Of a DNA stretch of 55,853 nucleotides, positions 33,523 through 43,926 are shown in pieces. The notes under the pieces were generated by a model. It was given only the letters and a program-made list of their open reading frames with translations. It did no database searches and was not told the DNA's origin. Within the stretch, counting starts at the first letter, position 1. Each line of letters starts with the position of its first letter. The position numbers and the translations under genes were made by a program. The stretch comes from a bacterium (GTDB lineage: Bacteria; Verrucomicrobiota; Kiritimatiellia; CAIKKV01; CAITUY01): the NCBI GenBank assembly GCA_037134355.1, contig JBAXMJ010000004.1, forward strand, positions 1 through 55,853, written 5' to 3'.

Positions 33523-34818
33523 ATGGCCATGAAAAATCTTCTTATTGCTCAGTCCGGTGGTCCCTCACCGGTTATAAACAGTTCCTTGCGTGGCGTCATT
33601 GAAGCGGCCCGAAGTTATCCGGATCAGGTCGGGCGCATTTATGCAGGGTGGCATGGAATTGAAGGAGTGCTTACAGAGGAGCTGCTTGATTTATCCGTTC
33701 AGTCTGAAGAGGAAGTATCGCTTCTCAGGTGGACGCCTGCGGCTGGCGCGATAGGAACCTGCCGCTATAAGATCAAATCCAGTCAGAAGGCTGACTTCGA
33801 GCGTGTTGTAGAGGTACTGCGGGCGCATAACATTGGCTACTTTCTTTACAATGGCGGGAATGACTCCATGGACACCGCTCATAAAATCGCGAAACTGGCT
33901 CGTGAACGGGGTCTGGATGTTGTCGGGATCGGCGTTCCTAAAACGATTGATAATGATGTCGGAGACAGTGAGTTCAAGCTGATCGATCACACTCCGGGAT
34001 ATGGTTCGGTGGCGCGCTACTGGACCATGATTGTTCAAAATGCCGAGGAGGAGAACCGGGGTTCCTATCCTGCGGATCCTGTGTTGGTGCTTCAGGCGAT
34101 GGGGCGCAAGATTGGTTTTATTCCCGCCGCCGCCCGTCTGGCCGATCCCAAGCGGGAGATGCCGCTGCTGATCTTTCTGGCCGAGGCCGGGCTGTCCCTT
34201 GCGGAGATGGCTGAAAAAACGAATGCGATGGTCGCCTCGCGCGGCCGTGCCGTGGTGGTGCTCAGCGAGGGCTGCGATGTGGGGGACCTTGGTGCCTTGA
34301 AAGACAAATTCGGGCATGCCACCTTTGGTGCTAGCAAGACGACGGCTCAGCAGATGCTCGTCAACTATCTAAATGACCACGGGATCAAGGCGGCTGGCGC
34401 GGCGCGCGGTCAAGTCTTTGGCACGGATCAGCGTTCCACGGCGATCTATGCCTCTGTGGTGGATCTCGATGAGGCGTATCGGTGCGGACAGAAGGCTGTG
34501 GAGTTGGCGGTGGGTGGCGAGGGTGGATTTATGTCTACGATTTTGAGGGATCCGGGGCGTATTTACCAGGTGCGCTACGATAAGGTTCCGCTGGAACTGG
34601 TGGCCAATTCCGAGCGCACATTCCCGAAGGAGTGGATTGCGCCGAGCAAGACGGATGTTACTGATGAGTTTGTAAAATATGCCCAGCCTCTGATTGGCGA
34701 GGACTGGGCGTCGGTTCCGACCATTGGTGGGCGACAGAGATTTGCCCAGTTCAAACCTGTTTTCGCCTCTAAAAAGCTGGCGGCCTATGTTCCTGAGGGA
34801 AATCGAAAGGGAAAGTGA
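33523..34818 (+). CDS. pfp: Phosphofructokinase, predicted PPi-dependent type
   Basis: PFK fold motifs QSGGPSPVIN, GGNDS (Asp where ATP-PFKs have Gly) and PKTIDNDV. Confidence 0.75.
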   Translation: MAMKNLLIAQSGGPSPVINSSLRGVIEAARSYPDQVGRIYAGWHGIEGVLTEELLDLSVQSEEEVSLLRWTPAAGAIGTCRYKIKSSQKADFERVVEVLRAHNIGYFLYNGGNDSMDTAHKIAKLARERGLDVVGIGVPKTIDNDVGDSEFKLIDHTPGYGSVARYWTMIVQNAEEENRGSYPADPVLVLQAMGRKIGFIPAAARLADPKREMPLLIFLAEAGLSLAEMAEKTNAMVASRGRAVVVLSEGCDVGDLGALKDKFGHATFGASKTTAQQMLVNYLNDHGIKAAGAARGQVFGTDQRSTAIYASVVDLDEAYRCGQKAVELAVGGEGGFMSTILRDPGRIYQVRYDKVPLELVANSERTFPKEWIAPSKTDVTDEFVKYAQPLIGEDWASVPTIGGRQRFAQFKPVFASKKLAAYVPEGNRKGK

Positions 34819-34822
34819 TGTG

Positions 34823-35710
34823 ATGGACCAGTATGTGAAACAGTTGGTGGAGTTGCCCCGAAAGCACGGTTATTTTATCGGGTTTGACAGTGATGGCTGC
34901 GTGTTCGATTCGATGGAGATCAAGCAGAAGGAATGTTTCTGTCCGGCTTTTATCAAGCATTTCGGGCTTCAAGCCGCGAGCAAATATGCCCGGGAGACCT
35001 GGGAATTTGTGAATCTCTACAGCAAGGATCGTGGTTGCAATCGTTTTCTGGCCGTTGAAAAAGCCTTCAAGTTGATGCGGCTTCGCAGCCAGTTTGCGCA
35101 GCGGGGGGTGAAACTGGCGGACACCTCTGAGCTCTCAGCCTGGCTCAAAGTCGAAACCAAGCTTGGAAATCCGACCCTCAAGAAACACGTGGCGGACAGT
35201 CCAACCCCTGAGCTGAAGCGATTGCTGGAATGGAGTCTGGAAGTTAACCGGCGCATTGAAGAGATGGTGTTCGGGATTCCTCCTTTTCCCGGGGTGCGCG
35301 AGGTTTTAGCCGCCGCCACGGGCAAGGCCGACATGATTGTCGTATCCCAGACTCCTCTTGAGGCGTTGGAGCGAGAATGGGAAGAAGCCGGAATTCGTGG
35401 CACGGTCAGTTTGATTGCCGGCCAGGAGCACGGCACAAAGACGGAGCATCTTGCCTACGCGACCAAGGGGCACTACGCTGAGGGAAAGGTGTTGATGGTC
35501 GGCGATGCGCCCGGAGACCGTAAGGCCGCCGAGGGCAACCATGCCCTTTTCTTTCCCATCCTGCCAGGGCGGGAAGAGTTGTCCTGGGCTGAGCTTGCGG
35601 GAGAGGGGTTGAAGCGATTCTTCAACGGGTCTTTCGCGGGGGCATACCAGAAGCGACTGGTTGACGAATTTGAGGCCGCGCTGCCGTCCGAGCCTCACTG
35701 GAAGAACTGA
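34823..35710 (+). CDS. HAD-superfamily hydrolase
   Basis: Motif [13 protein letters not shown], late VGDAPGD motif. Start at ATG 34823 (MDQYVK...), 4 nt after the pfp stop; the ORF-track extension from 34694 overlaps pfp. Confidence 0.7.
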   Translation: MDQYVKQLVELPRKHGYFIGFDSDGCVFDSMEIKQKECFCPAFIKHFGLQAASKYARETWEFVNLYSKDRGCNRFLAVEKAFKLMRLRSQFAQRGVKLADTSELSAWLKVETKLGNPTLKKHVADSPTPELKRLLEWSLEVNRRIEEMVFGIPPFPGVREVLAAATGKADMIVVSQTPLEALEREWEEAGIRGTVSLIAGQEHGTKTEHLAYATKGHYAEGKVLMVGDAPGDRKAAEGNHALFFPILPGREELSWAELAGEGLKRFFNGSFAGAYQKRLVDEFEAALPSEPHWKN

Positions 35711-35744
35711 TTTCAATAAACGAACAAGCCAAAGGAACAAAAGC

Positions 35745-37205
35745 ATGAGTAATCAAACTGCGGATATGGCCATGATCGGACTCGCCGTCATGGGGGAAAA
35801 TCTCGTCCTCAACATGGAGAGTCATGGGTTTACCGTTGCTGTCTACAACCGTACGGTGGATAAGGTTGAAGCCTTTGTCCAAGGTCGCGGGAAGGGGAAG
35901 AAGATCGTGGGATGCAAAACTGTTGCCGAGCTTTGCGCGGCCCTGAAGCGTCCCCGCAAGGCCATGATGCTGGTCAAGGCCGGCAAGGCGGTTGATGAGT
36001 GTATCGAGCAGCTTCTGCCGCATCTGGAGGCCGGTGACATCATTATTGACGGTGGTAACAGCCATTACCCTGACACGATTCGCAGGACAAAGTATGTTGA
36101 GTCGAAGGGATTGTTGTTTATCGGTACCGGCGTTTCCGGAGGCGAAGAGGGCGCACTCAAGGGGCCGTCCATTATGCCCGGCGGATCGCCTGCCGCTTGG
36201 CCTCATGTGAAGCCGATTTTTCAGGCTGTTTCCGCCAAGGTGGAGGGCGGGGTGCCCTGCTGCGACTGGGTTGGGTCTGATGGGGCCGGTCACTTTGTCA
36301 AAATGGTTCACAATGGTATCGAGTACGGCGACATGCAGATGATCTGCGAGGCGTACTCCCTGCTCAAAGGGGTGCTCGGGCTGTCGAACGAGGAACTGCA
36401 CAAGGTCTTTACGCAGTGGAACGAGGGTGATTTGGATTCCTACCTCATTCAGATCACGCGCGATATCCTCGCTGAGAAAGATCCGGAGACGGGGAAGCAT
36501 GTGGTGGATATCATTCTGGACACGGCCGGCCAGAAGGGAACCGGCAAGTGGACCAGTGTGGCGGCATTGGATTACGGAGTGGCGGCCCCGACGGTTTCTG
36601 AGGCCGTATTTGCCCGCTGCATGTCCGCCATGAAAGATGAGCGTGTTGCGGCGTCCAAGGTTCTTTCCGGGCCAAAAGCCAAATTCACGGGAGACAAGGA
36701 AGCTTTCATCGAGGATGTCCGGCAGGCGTTGTACGCGTCCAAGATCTGTTCTTATGCTCAGGGTTTCCAGCTGATGCGCGCTGCGGCGGCTGAGCAGAAC
36801 TGGACCCTGGATTATGGATCCATCGCCCTGATGTGGCGTGGTGGCTGTATTATTCGTGCCCGATTCCTTGGCGACATTAAGGCAGCCTTCGACCGGAATC
36901 CGAAATTGGCCAATCTGCTGTTGGATAAATACTTCAAGAAGGCGATTCGCCAGAGCCAGAAGGCGTGGCGGCGGGCGGTGGCCCGCGCCGTCAAACACGG
37001 GATCCCGATTCCCGCCTTTATGTCCGCGTTGGCCTATTATGACGGGTATCGTGCCGAAACACTTCCCGCCAACCTGCTTCAGGCGCAGCGGGACTATTTT
37101 GGTGCCCATACCTACGAGCGGATTGACAAGCCGCGCGGTCAGTTTTTCCATACGGACTGGTGCAAACTGGGAGGCTCAACTACGTCATCGACCTATGTCG
37201 TGTAA
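35745..37205 (+). CDS. gnd: 6-phosphogluconate dehydrogenase, decarboxylating
   Basis: [64 protein letters not shown]. Start at ATG 35745. Confidence 0.93.
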   Translation: MSNQTADMAMIGLAVMGENLVLNMESHGFTVAVYNRTVDKVEAFVQGRGKGKKIVGCKTVAELCAALKRPRKAMMLVKAGKAVDECIEQLLPHLEAGDIIIDGGNSHYPDTIRRTKYVESKGLLFIGTGVSGGEEGALKGPSIMPGGSPAAWPHVKPIFQAVSAKVEGGVPCCDWVGSDGAGHFVKMVHNGIEYGDMQMICEAYSLLKGVLGLSNEELHKVFTQWNEGDLDSYLIQITRDILAEKDPETGKHVVDIILDTAGQKGTGKWTSVAALDYGVAAPTVSEAVFARCMSAMKDERVAASKVLSGPKAKFTGDKEAFIEDVRQALYASKICSYAQGFQLMRAAAAEQNWTLDYGSIALMWRGGCIIRARFLGDIKAAFDRNPKLANLLLDKYFKKAIRQSQKAWRRAVARAVKHGIPIPAFMSALAYYDGYRAETLPANLLQAQRDYFGAHTYERIDKPRGQFFHTDWCKLGGSTTSSTYVV

Positions 37206-37210
37206 ATACG

Positions 37211-38506
37211 ATGACTACTGTGATCAAACAGGCCGGGGTTAAATTGGATATCCAGCCTCCTGAATTGGAGCGACTGGTGCTGCAGGCATTGGAGTCCTTT
37301 GGCGGAGTCAAGCTCCGCCGGGTGCTTCTCCTTCCCCCGGATCACACCCGGCTTAATTCGATGGCAGGCCCGATCACGGCCATCGCCTACAGGTTGCTAT
37401 CAGGATGGGGGGCAAAAACGGATATTATGCCGGCGCTGGGAACGCATGCCCCGATGGGGGTGACGGAACTCAGGTTAATGTTTGGTGACAGCATTCCCCT
37501 GAATTGCTTCCTGCCGCATGATTGGCGGAAAGATGTGGTTTCTCGCGGTGTCATTCCCGGCGACAAACTCCGGGAATGGTCTGATGGAAAAGTGGACTAC
37601 GATGTCAATATTGAGGTCAATAAGCGTTTGTTTTCTGGATATGACCTCATTCTGTCCATCGGTCAGGTGGTGCCCCATGAAGTCGTGGGGATGGCCAACT
37701 ACACGAAAAACGTGCTAGTGGGGGTTGGGGGCTCCGAAACCATCAACAAGTCGCATTTCCTGGGTGCCGTTTGCAATATGGAGAAGGCGCTTGGTCATGC
37801 CGATACGCCGGTGCGTCGTCTGCTTAATTATGGTGTCTCGACATTCCTGAGCGGGCTTCCAATCCAGTATATCCTTACCGTGATGGAGCGTGATCATGCG
37901 GTTGGGCGAATGAAGATGAGGGGTTTTTATGCAGGGGGTGGAGATGAGTCTTTTCGCGAAGCCTGCCAGCTTTGCCGCAAGGTTAATATCACCCTGTTGG
38001 ATGAACCCCTGAAAAAAGTGGTGGTTTGGCTGGATCCTGAAGAATTTCGTTCCACATGGCTGGGCAACAAGGCCATTTACCGTACGCGCATGGCCATCGC
38101 CGACGAGGGGGAACTCATCGTCCTGGCTCCCGGCCTGAAGGAATTCGGCGAGGATAAGGAAATTGACCGGCTGGTTCGTCATTATGGGTACAAGGGCACG
38201 CCTCATACGCTTCGCTGCGTGGCGGAGCATTCAGAGCTGCGAAATAATCTGTCTGCGGCGGCTCATCTTATTCATGGCTCTTCGGAAGGGCGATTTTCAA
38301 TCACCTACTGCCCCGGGCATCTGACCCGGACCGAAATTGAATCGGTGGGGTATCGCTATGGTGACCTCAAGTCCCTGATGGCCCGGTATAACCCTGAAAA
38401 ACTTTTGGACGGCATGAATGATGTCGGCGGAGAGAAGGTCTTTTTTATCAGTAACCCCGCTTTGGGCCTTTGGTCCTGCCGTGGGAATTTTTCGGACAGG
38501 GAGTAG
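37211..38506 (+). CDS. LarA-like (lactate racemase family / DUF2088) protein, candidate nickel-pincer-dependent hydroxy-acid epimerase
   Basis: 431 aa. PPDHTRLNS (recalled LarA: SSDHTRPVP), ALGTH, and PHEVVGMANYTKNVLVGVGGSETINKSH. That gives H-x9-K-x15-H, the same spacing I recall for LarA His174/Lys184/His200. Call rests on remembered sequence, not a search. Confidence 0.6.
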   Translation: MTTVIKQAGVKLDIQPPELERLVLQALESFGGVKLRRVLLLPPDHTRLNSMAGPITAIAYRLLSGWGAKTDIMPALGTHAPMGVTELRLMFGDSIPLNCFLPHDWRKDVVSRGVIPGDKLREWSDGKVDYDVNIEVNKRLFSGYDLILSIGQVVPHEVVGMANYTKNVLVGVGGSETINKSHFLGAVCNMEKALGHADTPVRRLLNYGVSTFLSGLPIQYILTVMERDHAVGRMKMRGFYAGGGDESFREACQLCRKVNITLLDEPLKKVVVWLDPEEFRSTWLGNKAIYRTRMAIADEGELIVLAPGLKEFGEDKEIDRLVRHYGYKGTPHTLRCVAEHSELRNNLSAAAHLIHGSSEGRFSITYCPGHLTRTEIESVGYRYGDLKSLMARYNPEKLLDGMNDVGGEKVFFISNPALGLWSCRGNFSDRE

Positions 38507-38512
38507 AACCTT

Positions 38513-39949
38513 ATGGCGGACACCTTCATTGGCGAAAATTTTCTGCTGGAGACGAAGCAGGCGCGGGAACTGTACTACCGGTATGCGGCGGAATTGCCGA
38601 TCATTGATTACCATTGCCACCTGCCTCCCGCTGAAATTGCGGGAGACAAGCGGTGGGAGAACATCGCCCAGGTCTGGCTGTATGGTGATCACTACAAGTG
38701 GCGCCAGATGCGCACGGCCGGTATCGCGGAGCGGTATTGCACCGGAAACGCCTCGGACCGGGATAAGTTCGACAAGTATGCCGAACTCATGCCGAAGGCC
38801 CTGCGGAATCCCCTGTATCACTGGTCTCACATGGAGCTGAAGAATGTTTTTGGGATTGCCGATCGCCTGCTTTCGCCTGCTACAGCTGAGTCCATCTGGA
38901 ACGAATCGCTCAAGATTATTGCCGCGCCGGAGTTTTCCGCCCGGGGGCTGATGAAGAAGTCGAAGGTTGAGGTGGTCTGCACCACTGACGACCCTGTGGA
39001 TTCACTGGAACATCACCGCGCCATCGCGCTCGAGCAATCTGCACCCTCAAGTTTTACAACCCAGGTCCGGCCGACCTGGCGCCCGGACAAGTGCTTTGCG
39101 GTGAGTCAGTCCGAGTTGTTTAATGCCTGGACCGACAAACTCGCGGCAGTCGTGAAAAAAGATTTGTCCAGCTTGGACGGGTTTTTAGCAGCACTGCGCG
39201 AGCGACATGATTATTTTCATGCCAACGGGTGCCGCCTGTCCGACCGGGGGGTTGCTTTCATTCCTGAGGAGCTCTGTACGCGGGTTGAAGCCGATGCCAT
39301 ATTCGAGACCGCCCGCTCTGGAAAAATTGTTTCGCCGGCGGAAGCCCGGGCGTTCATGTCCTTCATGCTTCATGAGCTGGCCGTGATGGATGCCGACCGG
39401 GGTTGGACGATGCAGATTCATTATGGTGTTTTACGCAATAACAACAGTCGCATGGCGACGATGCTCGGGCCTGATACCGGATTTGATTCCATTGGCGATT
39501 GGCCTACGGGTGAAGGGATGATCCGTCATTTTGACCGCCTGGATCGGATTGGAAAACTGCCCAAGACGATTCTTTATAATATCAATCCCCGTGACAATGA
39601 ACTCATAGCCACCCTGACCGGTTGTTTCCAGGATGGCGTGACGCCGGGAAAGATTCAGTTTGGGAGTGGCTGGTGGTTCATGGATCAACTCGACGGGATG
39701 ACCCACCAGATCGAGGCACTCTCCCAGCTTGGATTATTGAGCCAGTTTGTCGGTATGCTGACAGACAGCCGGTCATTCCTGTCCTATGGGCGTCATGAGT
39801 ATTTCCGGCGCCTGCTGTGCAACATTCTGGGCGACGACATGGCGCGCGGGCGCCTCCCGAACGACATGGCCTTGTCGGGAAAAATGGTGGCGGATATCTG
39901 CTATCACAATGCCCGCCGGTATTTCGGTTTTTTTGACCAACAGCGGTAA
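38513..39949 (+). CDS. uxaC: Glucuronate isomerase
   Basis: 478 aa. N-terminus FIGENFLLETKQARELYYRYAAELPIIDYHCHLPP and the overall sequence are UxaC-like. Confidence 0.9.
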   Translation: MADTFIGENFLLETKQARELYYRYAAELPIIDYHCHLPPAEIAGDKRWENIAQVWLYGDHYKWRQMRTAGIAERYCTGNASDRDKFDKYAELMPKALRNPLYHWSHMELKNVFGIADRLLSPATAESIWNESLKIIAAPEFSARGLMKKSKVEVVCTTDDPVDSLEHHRAIALEQSAPSSFTTQVRPTWRPDKCFAVSQSELFNAWTDKLAAVVKKDLSSLDGFLAALRERHDYFHANGCRLSDRGVAFIPEELCTRVEADAIFETARSGKIVSPAEARAFMSFMLHELAVMDADRGWTMQIHYGVLRNNNSRMATMLGPDTGFDSIGDWPTGEGMIRHFDRLDRIGKLPKTILYNINPRDNELIATLTGCFQDGVTPGKIQFGSGWWFMDQLDGMTHQIEALSQLGLLSQFVGMLTDSRSFLSYGRHEYFRRLLCNILGDDMARGRLPNDMALSGKMVADICYHNARRYFGFFDQQR

Positions 39950-39970
39950 GACCGCGGAGAGGATGGCATT

Positions 39971-40798
39971 ATGGGACGGCTTGACGGAAAAGTGGCGGTC
40001 GTAACGGGGGCGGCAGGTGTTTTGTGTTCAGTGATGACAGAGTCACTGTTGAGGGAAGGCGCCAAAGTGGTTTTGGCTGATCTGAATGAAGATCACGCCA
40101 GAGCTTTGCAGAAGACTTTGGCGGCGCAAGGACTTGGTGAGACTCTGGCATTGGGGGTCAATGTATTGGAACGCGGATCTCTTGAGGTTGCCAGGGAAGC
40201 AACTCTGGCAAAATGGGGGCGGATTGACATTCTGATTAACGGGGCCGGAGGAAATCATCCGAAGGGGACCTGTCCCGCCGAACAGTTTGTGGAGGGGACG
40301 AAGCTGGAGGATTCCTTTTTCGGTCTCGATTTGGCCGGGTTTGAGTTTGTTAATAAACTTAATTTCATTGGTAGTTTGTTGCCGGCCCAGGTGTTCTGTC
40401 AGGCTATGTTGAAGACAGGGGGAAGCGTTATTAATATTTCCTCAATGTCCGCAACGCAGCCGTTGACCAAGGTGGCGGCTTATTCTGCAGCCAAAGCGGC
40501 GATCGACAATTTTACCCGTTGGTTGGCCGTGCATCTCGCGCCGGCCAACATCCGGGTCAACGCCATTGCTCCCGGCTTTTTCATTACCCAGCAGAACCGC
40601 TTTCTGATGTTGGAGCAGGATGGCAAGACGCTTACGGCGCGCGGGCAGAAGGTGATCAGCAAGACCCCGATGCATCGGTTCGGGGAACCGAAGGATTTGT
40701 GTGGCGCGTTGACCTATCTGGTTTCGGATGAGGCCTCGTTTGTCACCGGCGTGGTCATCCCCGTGGATGGCGGGTTTTTGGCTTATTCAGGTGTTTAA
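39971..40798 (+). CDS. Short-chain dehydrogenase/reductase (possible fructuronate/mannonate oxidoreductase)
   Basis: GKVAVVTGAAGVLC cofactor motif, catalytic YSAAKAA, PG motif IAPGF. The substrate is inferred only from the uxaC neighbour. Confidence 0.8.
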   Translation: MGRLDGKVAVVTGAAGVLCSVMTESLLREGAKVVLADLNEDHARALQKTLAAQGLGETLALGVNVLERGSLEVAREATLAKWGRIDILINGAGGNHPKGTCPAEQFVEGTKLEDSFFGLDLAGFEFVNKLNFIGSLLPAQVFCQAMLKTGGSVINISSMSATQPLTKVAAYSAAKAAIDNFTRWLAVHLAPANIRVNAIAPGFFITQQNRFLMLEQDGKTLTARGQKVISKTPMHRFGEPKDLCGALTYLVSDEASFVTGVVIPVDGGFLAYSGV

Positions 40799-40888
40799 CG
40801 GCGAATTTCTGGATATCCAGTTTTCACTGTACATCATCAGGTCGCATGTTATGTTCCGAGTTTGATGACTGGGTAGGAGGGCGACGGA

Positions 40889-42802
40889 ATGAGGCATGAG
40901 GCATTGACTCGGTGGACGGCGGAAAATTCCGCCGAATTGTACGGGATCCGGAACTGGGGGCAGGGTTATTTTGACATCTCGCCCGGCGGCGAGGTCATGG
41001 TCCGGCCGAATGGTCCGAAAAGCCCCACGGAAGTCAGCCTCATGCACCTGATTGACGAGTGCCATGGCCGTGGCCTGAACATGCCTGTTCTGATTCGTTT
41101 TTCCAACATCCTGGCCTCGCGCATCAAGGAGATCAATGAGAGTTTCCGGTGGGCGATATTTGATGCCGCCTACCAGGGACAATATCGTGGTGTTTTCCCC
41201 ATCAAGGTGAATCAGCAAGATGCGGTGGTGGGCGATATAACGGAATACGGTCGCGAATATCATCACGGCATTGAGGCCGGCAGCAAGGCTGAGCTCATTG
41301 CGGCGCTAGCCCTCATGAAGGACCCCGAAGCCTTTGTAATCTGCAATGGCTACAAGGACGAGGAGTTCATCGACATGGCCCTTCAGGCCCTGAAGATGGG
41401 GACCCGCACGGTGCTGGTTATTGAAATGCCGAGTGAGTTGGAACTTGTTTTATCCCGGGCGGAACGACTGGATATCCGCCCCGTTCTGGGGGTGCGTGCC
41501 AAGTTATCGAGCCGGGCGGGCGGACATTGGGATTCGTCGGGCGGGGATCGAAGTAAATTCGGTCTTGATGCCAGTCAGATCATTGAAATGGTGGATCAGT
41601 TACGTCAGCGCGACAGGCTCGATTGCCTGCAGATGTTGCATTACCACCTTGGCAGCCAGGTTTCGGACATTCGCCGGGTACGTACCGCGCTACGGGAAGC
41701 CTGTCGTTTCTATGTTGAACTCGTTCGCGAAGGGGCGGGAATGGGTATCCTGAACATGGGCGGGGGGTTGGCGGTGGACTATGACGGCTCCCACACCAAT
41801 TTTGCCTGCAGTACCAACTACTCCACCGCCGAGTATGCCTCCACGGTGGTTGAGACGATCATGAACACCCTTGATGAGTGCGGGGTGCCGCATCCCACGC
41901 TTATTACCGAATCCGGGCGCGCCACGGTGGCGCATCACTCGGTTCTAATTTTCAATATTCTGGATGTGCGTCGTTTCGAACCGCTCAGCATTCCCGAAAA
42001 GTTAGACGCAAACGCCCACGAGATGCTGCAGAACCTGATGGAAGTCTGCCATTCCCTGTCACCCAGGAACATGCAGGAGGCTTATCATGACGCCGTGTTC
42101 TACCGCGATGAACTGCGCACCCTGTTCCTTCACGGAACGATCTCGCTTCGGGAAAGGGCCCTGGCGGAAACGATTTTCTGGCACATTGTCTGTCAGATGT
42201 CTGAGATGACACGGGGGCGCAAGTATATCCCCGACGAACTCGAGGGTCTGGACTCCGCGATTGCCGATGTGTATTACGGCAACTTCAGCGTATTCCAGTC
42301 CATTCCGGATTTCTGGGCCGTTGATCAGTTGTTTCCGATTATGCCGATTCACCGGCTCAGCCAGCGCCCGACCCGCAAAGGCGTTCTGGCTGACATCACC
42401 TGTGATTCGGACGGGAAGATCGACAAGTTCATTGACCTGCACGATATCAAGCATGTCCTGCCACTTCATGAGTGGGATGGGCGCGAGTATTACATGGGCA
42501 TATTTCTGACCGGCGCCTATCAGGAAACCATCGGGGATATGCACAATCTTCTGGGGAACACAAACGTGTTGCATGTGCGGATTGACGATAAAGGCCGCAT
42601 TGAGTCAGCCAAGCAGATCACGGGTGACCGGGTGGATGAAATCCTGAAATACATGGAATATGACCCGGAAAGCATGGTGGCGACGATCAAGTCGCGTGCC
42701 GACAAGGCGTACAAGCACGGCTTTATCACCGCCAAGGAAAAGAATGCGTTTCTGAAGGCCTATAAAGCCGGTATTCGCGGTTACACTTACTTTGAGCAGT
42801 GA
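40889..42802 (+). CDS. speA: Biosynthetic arginine decarboxylase
   Basis: 637 aa. WTAENSAELYGIRNWGQGYFDISPGGEV, FPIKVNQQ, and a SpeA-like C-terminus. Confidence 0.9.
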   Translation: MRHEALTRWTAENSAELYGIRNWGQGYFDISPGGEVMVRPNGPKSPTEVSLMHLIDECHGRGLNMPVLIRFSNILASRIKEINESFRWAIFDAAYQGQYRGVFPIKVNQQDAVVGDITEYGREYHHGIEAGSKAELIAALALMKDPEAFVICNGYKDEEFIDMALQALKMGTRTVLVIEMPSELELVLSRAERLDIRPVLGVRAKLSSRAGGHWDSSGGDRSKFGLDASQIIEMVDQLRQRDRLDCLQMLHYHLGSQVSDIRRVRTALREACRFYVELVREGAGMGILNMGGGLAVDYDGSHTNFACSTNYSTAEYASTVVETIMNTLDECGVPHPTLITESGRATVAHHSVLIFNILDVRRFEPLSIPEKLDANAHEMLQNLMEVCHSLSPRNMQEAYHDAVFYRDELRTLFLHGTISLRERALAETIFWHIVCQMSEMTRGRKYIPDELEGLDSAIADVYYGNFSVFQSIPDFWAVDQLFPIMPIHRLSQRPTRKGVLADITCDSDGKIDKFIDLHDIKHVLPLHEWDGREYYMGIFLTGAYQETIGDMHNLLGNTNVLHVRIDDKGRIESAKQITGDRVDEILKYMEYDPESMVATIKSRADKAYKHGFITAKEKNAFLKAYKAGIRGYTYFEQ

Positions 42803-43839
42803 TTTCCTTTATCGACCAAGTTGGGATGGAAGCACTGAGGCGTCGGCTCCGCCTTGACCCGCAGGTAATCCGGCGGATGCGTTCTGTTTTTCTCCGCTCC
42901 TTTTCCGGTCGGGACGCTGCCCTCGGCGAGGTGCCGGAAGCGATGCGATCCGAAGTGAGCACGGCGGTGAGATTTCATGAGCTGGAGCGGATTGAAACCC
43001 TTCACTCGGTTTTGGATGGAGCCAGCAAGGCGTTGTTCAAAACCCGGGATGGCCGCCGCATCGAAAGCGTTTTGCTGCGCATCAGGACCGGTCGATCCTC
43101 TGTATGCGTGTCATCACAGACCGGGTGCGTTGCGGGATGCCTGTTCTGCGCCACCGGAAGACTGAAGGATGTTCGTAACCTCACTCCGCCCGAAATCCTG
43201 GATCAGGTTGTCCAGACAGGGGAAATGCTTCAAGCGGAGGGACGCCGTCTCAGGAATGTGGTTTTTATGGGAATGGGCGAGCCCTTTCACAACGTGGAGA
43301 ATCTTTTCGCGGCGCTGGAGCAGCTGAGTAGTTCGGGAGGATTTCATCTATCGGGCCGGCATCTACTGGTTTCAACGGTAGGGATCCCGGAGGGCATCCG
43401 CCGCCTCTCCTCGAGCTTTCCCCATGTCGGGCTTGCCCTGAGCTTGCATAGCGTGCGGCAGGATGTTCGCGATGAACTGATGCCATTTTCTCGTCAGTGG
43501 CCACTTCCGGAGCTGCGTGCGGCGATTTTGGAGCGGAACACGGTTCAGGATCAGCCAGTGATGATTGAGATTCTGATGCTGGAGGGATTGACGGATACGG
43601 ATGCTGATTGTGCGGGGTTGAAGGAATGGCTTGCAGGCTTGCAGGTGCATGTGAACCTGATTCCCTATAATCCGGTGCCCGGAACCACGCCGGTTGTTGC
43701 GGGACAGGTCCTGCGCGGATCCGGGGAGCAGCGGGTAGGGGAATTCCTGGCGGAACTCAAGAAAGCCGGGTTCAAGGCGACGCGTCGCCATTCGCTGGGT
43801 GCCGACATTCAGGCCGCTTGCGGACAGCTTGCCCGGTGA
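42799..43839 (+). CDS. rlmN: RlmN/Cfr-family radical SAM rRNA/tRNA methyltransferase
   Basis: VSSQTGCVAGCLFCATG (CxxxCxxC), MGMGEPFHN, C-terminal AACGQL. Start is GTG 42799 overlapping the speA stop, or ATG 42826. Confidence 0.8.
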   Translation: MISFIDQVGMEALRRRLRLDPQVIRRMRSVFLRSFSGRDAALGEVPEAMRSEVSTAVRFHELERIETLHSVLDGASKALFKTRDGRRIESVLLRIRTGRSSVCVSSQTGCVAGCLFCATGRLKDVRNLTPPEILDQVVQTGEMLQAEGRRLRNVVFMGMGEPFHNVENLFAALEQLSSSGGFHLSGRHLLVSTVGIPEGIRRLSSSFPHVGLALSLHSVRQDVRDELMPFSRQWPLPELRAAILERNTVQDQPVMIEILMLEGLTDTDADCAGLKEWLAGLQVHVNLIPYNPVPGTTPVVAGQVLRGSGEQRVGEFLAELKKAGFKATRRHSLGADIQAACGQLAR

Positions 43840-43926
43840 CGCCCGTCGGTTTTCATTCGAAGCGTGAAGAGGGGTGATTTGAATTTGATCTTGCCTCTTC
43901 AGCCCGTTAAAGTGGCGGCACTTTTT

